The notes below the pieces were generated by a model that worked only from the letters and a program-made list of their open reading frames with translations, had not been told where the DNA came from and did not search any database. Shown piece after piece: positions 52,993-64,000 of a DNA stretch of 64,000 nt (position 1 is the stretch's first letter; each line of letters starts with the position of its first letter). The translations under genes and the position numbers were made by a program. The DNA is from Vermamoeba vermiformis (taxonomy: Eukaryota), in the NCBI GenBank assembly GCA_045837725.1, contig JBEWZL010000287.1:1-64000 (forward strand), read 5' to 3'.

Positions 52993-53294
52993 CTCGAAAA
53001 CGGGTTGATCTTGCGTGAGACCTACAACGGAAGAGATCCAATTTATATTATTTAATGTACTTGTTGTATGGGATGAACGCAAACAAAAAATAAATCCAGT
53101 TTGGAAAATTTGGTTTGCTTCTAAATTTGGGTCCCCTGTATAGTGAATCCTGTGCAGTTTTCTCGGTCAAAAACCGTTTGTGAAAATTTTCGTTTTATTA
53201 TTAGTATTATTTATAAACGAGGCAGCACATATCTTATTATTTTAATATGTTCAAGTCATTTAAAAGGTAGCAATCAACTAAAAGAAATAGTTTA

Positions 53295-56200
53295 ATGGAT
53301 TCGCTTCCTTATGCGGCGATATTCGAGCATTTAACCGACGCTGTAATTATATTGGATGAAACTGAACGTGTAATATATGGAAACAACGAGTTCTATCAAA
53401 TAACACAGCTAAACAAATCCAGCGCGCTAAATTGTCACATCTCTGAAATAACAGACATCAGCAAACTCCCGAACTCCATTATATTCGAGGCATATATAAT
53501 TAAGCAAGACAAATCACGTTTGTCCGTCGAGTTCAGCGTTTCAACAGTTCCAGATTTGCCAAACAGAAAAATTCTAATTGCTCGAAAATTGGAGAACAGA
53601 AAATGGCGCGATACAATTCATAAAATAGGATATGAAAGCTCCTTAGATTCCATCGTAGTGCACGATATAGAAGGTATAAATTTAATTTTGCCAACGCATA
53701 TAAAGAAATTATTCCGCCAAAACGAATTTCACAAACTGGATCCCGAAATCATATTTATTTCCACGTTTTTGGCAGCCAACACATTATTATTTTGGTTTGT
53801 CTAAGAGCTATACTAATTTTCGAAAGCAAATCGGCTGATAAAATGTCATATTAACTGACACAATTTCAAATAGGCAATATCGTTGACTGCAATAAAACGT
53901 GCTGCCAATTGCTCGGCTACACTCCCGAAGAATTCAAGTCGATGCACTTGCGTGACATTGAAGCCAACTTCAGTCCCCTAGTACTTGACGTCTTTAAATA
54001 CTTGTTTGCTGGTGATAAATCGAATCAAGGTCCTGTAAGTACATATTATATAATTTATATAATCCTCTAGAACTGGCTGACAATTTTGAAAATCCTTACT
54101 AAACTGAAAACAAAAACGCGTCGTGCCCGTTGCAACTTGACGCTATTAATTATAAATATAAAAATAACACTACTTAATAATATTATATCAATAGATGGCA
54201 GAAGAGTGTCGCAAAATCCTTGACAACTTACCCGTAATAATTTTTTTGACCTGATCCGATCGGATCGGTTAGTATTGTCAATATCGAGACTAATATTTGA
54301 TTCATTAGTGGCCAGGTATTCATATACGAAAAGACGGCACCAAATTCCCAGTTGAAGTCGTAATTTCGACGGATGTGTCAACGGGCAAGCCTTTAATCGT
54401 AGCTAATTGCCGTGATGCCTCGGCTAAAGAACGAGAAGCACAGTTGTCTCAAGCGAGATTGCAGGCTGAGGTAAGAATAGCTTCTCCTCATTAATCGTAA
54501 AAACGAAATCCGATCCCAAAAACTTGGATTGAAATATTTATCTTTAAGATTCGCTTATTTATGATTCTAATTAATTTTAGGCGGCTAGTCAAGCTAAGTC
54601 AGCATTTTTATCGATGATCAGCCACGAAATACGCACGCCTTTGGTACGTTGCGAAATTGCCTTTTTAGGAAATTGCATCAAATAATCAATCCTTTATCGA
54701 ACAGAATGGAATATTAGGCATGCTGCAGCTAGTGAGGGATACTACATTGAACAAAGTCCAAAGCGAGTACATTGAAATCGCGTACAGATCAGCGAAGTTA
54801 TTGTTGACGATTATTGGAGACATTTTAGACCTGCAGAGAATAGGTAAGCGATTATTATACTATAAAAATATTTTGGCAGTGCGATCAAGATTTAAAATCA
54901 GCATTTGGTGGCTTTACAAAGAATTCGTTCGCCAACAAGTTATTTGATCTCTACTATTTAAAAGCATCAAAATATAAATATGTCTGCCTTGATAATATAT
55001 TTATCCTTATTAACGATATTCTAATAATTTTTATTAGAGAGTGGCAAGTTGCAACTAGAGCAGATCGGCTTCGATTTATGGTCCATCGTAACGGAGTCAC
55101 GTGACCTATTCAAACCACTAGCGCATAAGAAAGCAATCGTACTGCGTCTTAATGAGCCGATAGACATGTGTTCAAATGATTTTAGTGGATCTTTGAGCTC
55201 ATCCGTTTCAACGATCGAAGCCTCACCGCGCGAAATTTCGAGAGATTTTAAGCAAATGTCGCTTGATTGCGCATCTTCTAGCTCTAGTAACGATCCCTTC
55301 GAGTCTTTTCCTTGGGTCATTGGAGATCCGACGAGGCTGCAACAAATTCTCGGAAATTTATTGTCCAACGCCATCAAGTTCACTCCAAAGCATGGCGATA
55401 TAGACCTTAATGTATTTGTTATGGATTATACGGATGAAGAGATTGAACTGCGATTTGAAGTCGTTGACAATGGAGTCGGTACGTAACGATATTATCATCA
55501 AAAAAAAAAGCTTCTTTATATGTAGAAAAAATTCGTTTAATTAGTACTATATGGACATTACAATAATCCTATATTATATATTTAAAAAATAAGCATTATC
55601 AATAATACTAAATTGCGGTTACATTTCAGGAATTTCAAAAGAGGCCCAATCGAGGCTATTCCAGCCGTTCGTGCAAGCTGAACAATCAACGACGCGTAAA
55701 TATGGAGGTACGCCCATATTATTCAACAGATATAACTTTGTTTGGCAAACAAACGGAAACAACAGAATTGCCTTTTATGGAAATTTAAACTGTTTCCTCG
55801 ATCCACGGATCCACCTTGGATTATTGAACTAATGGCGTAATTTAGGCAGTGGATTAGGCCTATCGATATGCAAGCATATAGTACAAATGATGAACGGAGA
55901 AATAGGCGTGGAAAGCGAGGTGGATCGCGGATCAACTTTTTGGTTCTCCTTGCGATTCAAATTATATCGCGATACAAATAATCAACTAGTATTCAATCAC
56001 ATGACATCAAAAGAAAATGAAATTCCGCTAGTCGTAAATACCAACTCAAAACCAACGGATCTGAATCTGGTCGTTCAAACGACTGAAGTTCGACTTATAG
56101 AAAACGAAGATAGAAAAGTTAAAAAGAAATATTCGAACTTAGCATTGAGCACTAAGAACCATCACTTGCATTCAACGAGCTACGACGCATTTAAGAATGA

Positions 56201-57018
56201 ATTTAATGATAGACCTTCGCCCAAAGTAGATCAGCGAGGGATCAAAATTTTATTAGTAGAAGACAATTCACTTAATCAAAAGGTAACTATTATAATATCA
56301 TTATATTAGTAGCCCTATTTTTTGGCTCTATTCAACCGCCACAAATCGTTCTTTCAAATTTCCTTTTATGGAAATACCATGAATCAAATCCAATTAAAAT
56401 TAAATATTTTCTACCATATTAATATTTTGTACAAATAGGTTGCAAAAAAGATGCTCAACAAATTGAATATTTCCGATGACAGCATTGCACTCGCTGAGAA
56501 CGGCCAACAAGCCGTGGAGTTCATCACGAGCGGAAATAACTTCGATTTGGTCTTCATGGACGTGCATATGCCCGTACTCGTAAGTTATTAATTCAATACG
56601 CAAATCGAAATTTCAAGTCCAAAAAGTTGTGTTAGTGGTCAGATCCGAGGCACAAATTCTTCTTATCAAAATCTCTGATAGTAACATCTAGCATATAAAT
56701 TTCATCGTGCCGGCAGGTACTATTTATTATATGCATCTTACTAATATGGTTGTATTACTAATGTAGGACGGGATCGAGGCAACGAAGCAGATCCGTCAAT
56801 GGGAAATCGAACATCCACTGCAGCTAAAATCACCGCGCGTGCCTATTATAGCACTCACCGCATCAAACGATCTAGATGAGAAGCAAGATATGATTGGACT
56901 CGATGGACTTATCTTGAAACCTCTTGCGCTCGAAAAACTTAGATCCACACTCGATAAGTACTTGCCGCAGTGGAAAAATGAAAAGAGCAACCCTTGCAAA
57001 GGAGATGCAAATAGTTGA
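53295..57018 (+). CDS. Cytoplasmic hybrid sensor histidine kinase (PAS-PAS/PAC-HisKA-HATPase-receiver)
   Basis: [25 protein letters not shown]-box [54 protein letters not shown], receiver LLVEDN...[11 protein letters not shown]...PIIALTA...KP. Confidence 0.95.
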
Positions 57019-57489
57019 ATTGACAGAGATTGAATCAAAAATTAGAATTTCCTAGGCTCGCCTTGTAAACAGCGGATCTGGTCGTAGAACAAGAAGGACA
57101 AGTCGCGTAGAATAGCACTCATCACCAACAACATGATAAAATCGGTAGATATCAATTCAGTGGAGTTTGAACAATTGAAGATGAAAAATGATACAAGCAG
57201 CAAGCAGCGAAACTTTAGCGTTTTTTGCGACTGAAATGACAGAGTAGAATGACAGAATAAAAATCGGTCTAGTACCATGTATTTTGATAGATAAAAAGAG
57301 AACGTTCCCTTTATTCTTATACAACGGGTCAATCGGATCCAGTCTGAAAGTTTGGTTCAAAGGTCCTAAACAAAGAATTCAAGTTAGAAAAGCGTTCAAT
57401 GTACTTATGATGAACAACAGAATTATTAACGGAATTCGCAGAATTATTGTCGCAAGTTCAATTTCGATCCAGGAATGAAAAATTATGGC

Positions 57490-58876
57490 CTAATGCAGAC
57501 TTACGTCTAAATTTATGCTAGGAGTGTCTTCTTTAATATTCAATGTCTTCCATAACGAGCGATATTTCTTGATGACGTTTTTTTCGGACAAGATCCAATC
57601 CCGTTGCGGGGCGAGATCGATCAAAAGTAACAGTTGCTTTGTACTGAACTGTAAACTGGTTAAATGATCTACTATCATAACTAACACTTCTTTTGGCAAT
57701 AGTTGAAGTAATTTCAGTTCTTCTGATAATAACAAAATTTGCATTGGTCGGAGGATCTGATTCAATTCTGATATAATAATTCTGCCGAAGCCGTTGCAAG
57801 TCTCTTTCTTAATTTTAACTTGAATAAACGGATTTTCATCACTAATTCGCTGAACTATCGATTGGTCTTGGTTATTATGCATAAATTGGATCTTTTCGAT
57901 TGAGCTCGATCTGAGTGCTTGTCTATCGGTTTTTGAGATTGTATGGCTTCCATGATATGTTATCGTCGCTAATATTTTATTATTTTCGTAAATTGGAGCA
58001 TAGGGAAACTCTTGCTCTTCATTTGAAAAATAATCGCGCAAACCTTGCCTAAATTTCGGACGCCTTTCTAAAAACTCTAAATGGCGTAAGTGCCTTATAA
58101 TATTTAATATTAATATGGTTATAGTATTAACTCGGGCTAAATTATGGACTTACTTCGCAGATGCAAGTGCGGCGATTATATTTTCTTCTTTTTTAGGCTC
58201 CGTTATTTCTAAGTGCATTAATTGCGTCATTTTTAATACTTCAGGTACGATAGGCAGTAGCCACCTATTGTCTAAACCTAAATGCTTCAACTTTGGTAGT
58301 TTCACTAACGCATTCGCGATCTGATCTGTTCCTTCCACGCTACTTTCAGCGCCGAGCATTCGTAATTTGAAATACTCTAATTGATTATTTCCGTCTATTG
58401 CATGCGATAGTTTGCTGATTGGCCACAGATAACTATTATTGAATTCGATCTCGAGTCGTTGTAATTTTTGAAGCTTGCCAATTGCTGAAAATGTCTTATA
58501 TAATATAGGCTTATATTTAAAGAGTATTTTGTCTTTAATCAGCAGTGTTAAGCTCTTTAATGTTCCTTTCTTGGCCTCCAAGACCTGGATGAGTTTTTGC
58601 GAGACATTGTTCAGCTCAATAAATAAATAATCATCTAATTATAGAAGAATTATATTTTTGTAACGCATATAAACCAAATAAACGTCAGGCGATGCTGATT
58701 AAATAATAAATCCTTAAATTAATTTGATTGATCGCGTTTCTGTTTAAACATTTCAACTTACCTTTCAGACCCTCGAGATATTTTAAGTGCTCTATGTCCA
58801 AATTATATAATGATGCCTCCATTGGTAGCCAAACGCTCTGTGTGGTAAGGCGTGAAAAATGATTGTTGAGATTCAA
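57490..58876 (-). CDS. RNI-like leucine-rich repeat protein with a C-terminal F-box-like motif
   Basis: LQKLQRLEI, LEYFKL, LPKLKHLGLDN, LMHLEI repeats; LLQLLPKEVLVMIVDHL near the C-terminus. 5' end uncertain. Confidence 0.55.
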
Positions 58877-59142
58877 TTTTTACATTTCTCGGCCAAGGTA
58901 CGTGTTGTGATTCCTTTTCATTCTTGTTTGGTCGCCTGCAAGCAGTAGAAAAAAAAGAACAGACAGGGGTTGATAGCTACTATCATATCGGATCGGCACG
59001 TCCATTGAATAAATAAGTTCCGATCCAGAAAAATTTGGATTTAAAGCAGGGCCCACGTCAATCTTTGCTAATGCGCATGAATTCTCCATAAAACTGTAGA
59101 ATTTAATCTAATCAGTCAGTACTGACGAATTACAACACAACA

Positions 59143-60449
59143 ATGCTGAGCATCACGTGCATAAAAAGAGCAACAAATGTTTTTTCAATTTCTCGCAACA
59201 GAGTGATACCAAACGTCGTACCAAAGTTATTCAACAAAAGATATTACACTAAAGACATGTCGCAAAGAAAAGTAGCTGTTGTTGTTGGCGCTGGACCAGG
59301 TACATCCGAACTCGATTTTACTCCGGCTCCGCTTAAACTTTTTACTAATATTGTTATTATATAGGCCTTGGCAATGCCTGTGCACGAAAGTAAGTAAACT
59401 TCCATTTGATCGCGATGACAAGTTAGCAAAGTTTTTCAAAATATTACATTTTATTCAGATTCGCTTCGCAAGGCTATGCCGTCGCTCTGGTAGCACGGAG
59501 TAAGTTCTGAAAATTATAAATATTAAAATTACTGAAATTAATGCCCTTAGACGCTGAAAAGCTAAAGGTTCTCGAAGACGAGATCAACAAAACCGGAGCT
59601 CAAGCGATTGCAGTCCCCGCCGATTCTACTAAGGAAGCCGAGGTTAAGAAGGCATTCGATCAGATCAAGGCTTGGGGCGAGATCGAGGTACTTTGAAATT
59701 AAGATTTTCAGTTTTGGAGATATTCTTGACTTTTCAAATTCAGCGGATCTGCTGCGCGATACTCATTGATTTCAATGTAGGTTCTCATCTATAATGCTAG
59801 TTCATTCAAATTAGCTAGCCTCGGCGATGTTTCAAGCGAAGAATTTGAGCAACATTGGCGCGTCGGCTGCTTGGGCGGATTCAACGCGAGTCACCAAGTC
59901 TTGAATGATATGGCCAAGAAAGGTCGTGGTTCTATTATATTCACTGGAGCTACTGCGAGTTTGAGAGGAAGGTAAGGCTTCGAAAATGTACACGAGCGGC
60001 GCCAATGTCCAAATAAGGAAATTTCGCGTACTGACCTGGATCTGCTTTCTAGCTCCAAGTTTGCTTTGTTGGCCGTCGGAAAGTTCGGTCTTAGAGCCCT
60101 TGCCCAATCAATGGCAAAAGAATACGGTCCTCAAGGTACGTCCAAGCCGGATTTGCGAATCCTTCCGTCCGCGCTTTTCCCAAAACTAATATAAAAATGG
60201 TAGGAGTCCATGTAGTTCACGCTATTATCGATGGTATGATCGACAGTGATAGAGCGCGTGGAATGGTTGGCGACAAGCCGATTTTGCTTAGCCCTGAAGT
60301 GTAAGTTACTTCTAGTATAAAGCCTTTATGAGTCTACAATTAACAATGCAATTCATAGTATCGCCGATACTTACTACTACTTGCACACTCAACCGAAACA
60401 AGGTTGGGTTCACGAGATCGACATCCGTTCGTCCACTGAAAAGTGGTAA
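59143..60449 (+). CDS. Short-chain dehydrogenase/reductase with putative mitochondrial presequence
   Basis: VAVVVGAGPGLG, YNAS, GSIIFTGATASLRG, KFGLRALAQSMAKEYGPQGVHVVHAIIDG, HEIDIRSSTEKW*; Arg/Lys-rich N-terminus. Confidence 0.92.
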
Positions 60450-60620
60450 ACGGACGCGTCTCCAGATTGTACACGCTCGTGGTTATCCCGGATAAGATGC
60501 TACAACGCTCTAAAGCATTTTAAAAAATAAAGGTCAATTTTATCTTACTTGAAAATTCGGCACTTGGGCAAGATAGTAAGTTAAAATTATTTAAATTATT
60601 TAAACTTCGGCAGCGCTCTA

Positions 60621-63600
60621 TTAATTGTTATTGTTATTTGCGATCAAAGTACCAAAGCTGCTGCTTCGAACGAGCTTTGAGTTACTTCTGTTCAAAACGA
60701 CTTGACCGTGCTGCTTTGTGCCAGTGTTGCGAACATAGAACTCGTGTTCAATCGTGTTTTTGATCACAAAGCGCACCACTGTCACTGGCTTGGTTTGACC
60801 TTGTCGTTGTGCTCGTCCAATTGCTTGATTCTCGTACGCTTGTGCTTCTTCTTTTGTGCCCGTCATTGGGTCTATCATCATAGCATTAGTGGGCTTCAAA
60901 ATGATTGGCTAATGAAATTTCATACCCATCAAGAGCACGTGACTCGCTTCGATCAAGTTGGTTCCTGATGCAGCTTTGCTCAAGCTCAAAAGAATCACTT
61001 GCACGTCTGACTCATCAGCTTTGAATTTCTTGAGTGCTTTGCTCTTCTTGTACACGTTGCTAAGACATTAGTTAGTTAGATGATATGACGCAAGATTTGG
61101 CGATATGTCGGACTGATTTGAGTGATCGCTTACCCTTCAACCATGCTCGAATTGATGTTGTTCTCTTCCAACAACGCAGCGATCATGTCGAGATAGTCAG
61201 TGAACTGCGAGAAGATGATCACACGTGTTCCAGGCTCTTTGTCAAACAGAGTCTGAAGGTACCCGACCAAACTTGCCATTTTGGTACCGTAGTTCTCGAT
61301 CCAGTAGTCTTTGGTGTTCTGAAGACAAGATCGTTAGTTTTCGCCGATCTGAATAAAATTGATAAAATTTCAGTTGCTTACGTATTCAATCTTTGACGTG
61401 TCTTGTGGTTTCTAGTTGATTATTTAACGTTAGTGTTATTTCCTTTTATAGTAATATCAGACGACTTACGATATCTTGAAACGATTTCAGGACTCGTTTA
61501 TGCCCCTCTAATGTTTTTTCAAGTGCATCGAGGTTCTTTTGATAATCCGCCAAGAAACGAGTTGCCGTTTGCAGTTGCCAAGTATTGAACAAGGTTGATG
61601 GTAGGTTGACCGTGTTCTCATGCGTGATTTTGACAGCTTTGTGACTGTCAATGCGTTGGTTTTGCAAGACAATGTCGTTGAGTTTCTTTTTGATCATGAA
61701 CTCTCTCATTTCATGCAAAGTGCTGCCCCAATCGTAGTTTAACTTGCAACATAATTCACGAACTGGATCTTTGGGTGCACGATGTACGCTGTAATCTTGA
61801 CCTGCACCACGGTTCTTCTGATGGAACACAAGTTCTTCGTAGATTGCCGCTTCAATCGGAGTAAAATCTAATAACACGACTTCAGGCTTGGTCGCAACCA
61901 TTTGGTACTCTTCGTTAACACTTTCCTAATAAGGATATTATTAGTATGACCGATCATCAGTGCACGAAAGCAATCCCAACAAAGCACAATTGATCAATGA
62001 TATTTCAACTCTTACTTTGGTATTGCGCCAGACCAAGTTATCGATCAATAACTGATTCAACACGTGGCTATTTAAGCGAACAGTCAGAAGATTGAATTAT
62101 AAAGTTCCAAATCAAATCAGGTTGAAATTTCTTACTCTACGTAAGCCTCGGTATAAGGTCTTTTGTAATGTGTCGACCAATTGTCGTGAACAAACTTGCG
62201 TTCTTCAGGTGTCTGGTCGCGGAAATTTAAAGGTATGGTGTGCTTGGCAAACATGTCTAAAAACGTTCGGACACCTTCCAACGAATCACTGAAGGTTAAA
62301 TAATATGTTATTAAGGCTATCAGTAAAATTATAGTCTGAATGATGCTACGTACAATTTTGGAAAAGGAGTGCCACTCATGTACCACGAGAACGTTCGTTG
62401 CAAATAATAGATCACATCTATGAACATCAGTTAAATTCGATTGAACATTAATACCAAATTAGGAAAGTGCATACCCATCGTGAACTCATCGCCAATGACT
62501 TCGTGACCCTCGTCCATGACAATGCGGTGCCAATGAAAATGCTCGAGAATCACTCCTTTGATCTTCTCAGGTGCCTTGTCTTTCAAGTAGTTTTCGAGCA
62601 TTTTATCGACACGGTCAATGCGATCATGTGGTGCTGCTGCATCCATTTTGATTTGTGAGCCGTGATTGGGGTAGGCAATATAGTTTTTGTTTTTGAGCAA
62701 GTTGTATGTCACGACAACAACATCTAACAAAGGTATTAAGGTCATCGAATGTTATTTCAAATATCTGTGATCTTACCAGCATCAAGGATTTGTTGATAAG
62801 TGATCTTCTTGACCTGTGCAATCGTTGTGATTGTAATCACGCTCAACTTTGGTTCCGAATGCTCTTCGATTTCCTTCACCCATTGGTCAACGAGATGGTT
62901 CGGACACAGCACTGCAAATTTAAGTCAGTTTGTTGAGAACAGCTAAGCGAGTACTTACCAAGGGTCGCTTTTGTTGCAAAGTAAGGATCACTCTTCGGCG
63001 CTTGTTTCATCGGATTTGAAAGTATCAAGCCAAGCATTTCAATGGTCTTGCCGAGGCCCATTTCATCGGCGAGCACTCCGCCTCTCGGTTTGAACTGCAA
63101 GTTGTGTTCACTTGCGTTCTCAAGCAACACGAGCTTCTCTTCTTTTGGCGTGTACTTCAATAGGATTTTAGGCATTTCTGTCTCAATAAGTGGAGACACT
63201 TCGAACTCTGTCGAGACACAAAAGTGTGTTACGGATGGTTATATTGTTGAGACTTATATCAATCACTTACTCTTATCAGCTTCTTGTTCGGTAGTGACCA
63301 TCCAGTTGATTGCGTTGATTTGATAGTTGTGCAATTTGACACCTGTCAACGATTGAGGCTGTTCGGCGATGACTGGAAGAACCTAGTAACGCGAATATTA
63401 TTCAATATTCAAGTGCTGCATGCCTACGTACGGTAGGTAAATAAGATTCCTTTGGCGAGAAGTAATCCTCAACAGGCCGGTGCTTGGCGAACTTTGCATT
63501 AAGTTTGGCAAGAACAGGTTTTTTGAATAATCCGATCTCTGTAATCTGCTCGTCTGATCTTATTCTTCGCTCCAATCTATTATACAATAATTAATAATTT

Positions 63601-64000
63601 ATCATATTTCAATGCGTCTACTTTCATCCATACTTAGATAAATTAACTTCGATGGATATGTCGCACTTCACTATTTCTGATCCTGCAATTGCCTTGCTAT
63701 CCAAAAGAAATCGGTAGCAATCTGCTTTTTTAGACGCTTCCATTACTGCTACTAGTTGCTTATAGAAAGGACTTCGGGTATGAGCTATCGCCGTGTGATT
63801 TCCTTGTTTGTCAGCGAGCTTTATAATTTATTAGAAGATCATAATAATTTTTTCCGTCCGGCAAAAGTTCATGATAATAATTACTGAAAAAGATCAGCTT
63901 TTTTTTTTCACCGGTTTAATACACTTACGATTGCGAAATACTTCCCGCGTACAAACTCAAATGACTTGACCGTCACTGGGGGTCCTGCGTTGGGATACAA
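60621..64000 (-). CDS. SNF2-family helicase (Rad5/Rad16/SHPRH-like), 5' end beyond the window
   Basis: LHNYQINAINW, GGVLADEMGLGKT, WHRIVMDEGHE, WYMSGTP, VIIFSQF, LLSLSKAASGTNL, QAIGRAQRQGQTKPVTVVRF. Confidence 0.9.

Overview
Intron-rich, gene-dense eukaryotic DNA, probably from an amoebozoan. This is inferred from AprA/PqaA-like, LimE-like, MLCK-A-like, hybrid histidine kinase, Zn2Cys6 and class C GPCR genes. About 24 mostly spliced genes were reconstructed by eye, including single-chain urease, His-rich ureG, UTP21/WDR36, an AlkB oxygenase, an SDR, a DSP, a Rad5-like SNF2 helicase and an NB-ARC-TPR protein. Mobile DNA comprises a young 5'-truncated L1/Tx1-type LINE with an 8-bp TSD in a rearranged class C GPCR locus, a ~170-bp related retro-insertion sharing a structured 3' end, and a TA-flanked MITE in a ureG intron. 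The best candidate for an undescribed system is a five-exon gene between urease and ureG (45230-47652, minus strand). It encodes a putative NDT80-like DNA-binding domain, a self-cleaving peptidase S74 chaperone, one TM helix and a plant-type LRR ectodomain, i.e. a MYRF-like receptor/transcription factor, and its LRR segment is strikingly CpG-depleted. Other oddities are a Rho GTPase fused to a long helical domain and a recurrent 12-bp palindrome, TGACACGTGTCA. No database searches were run. Family calls rest on recognised motifs, and exon boundaries are manual.
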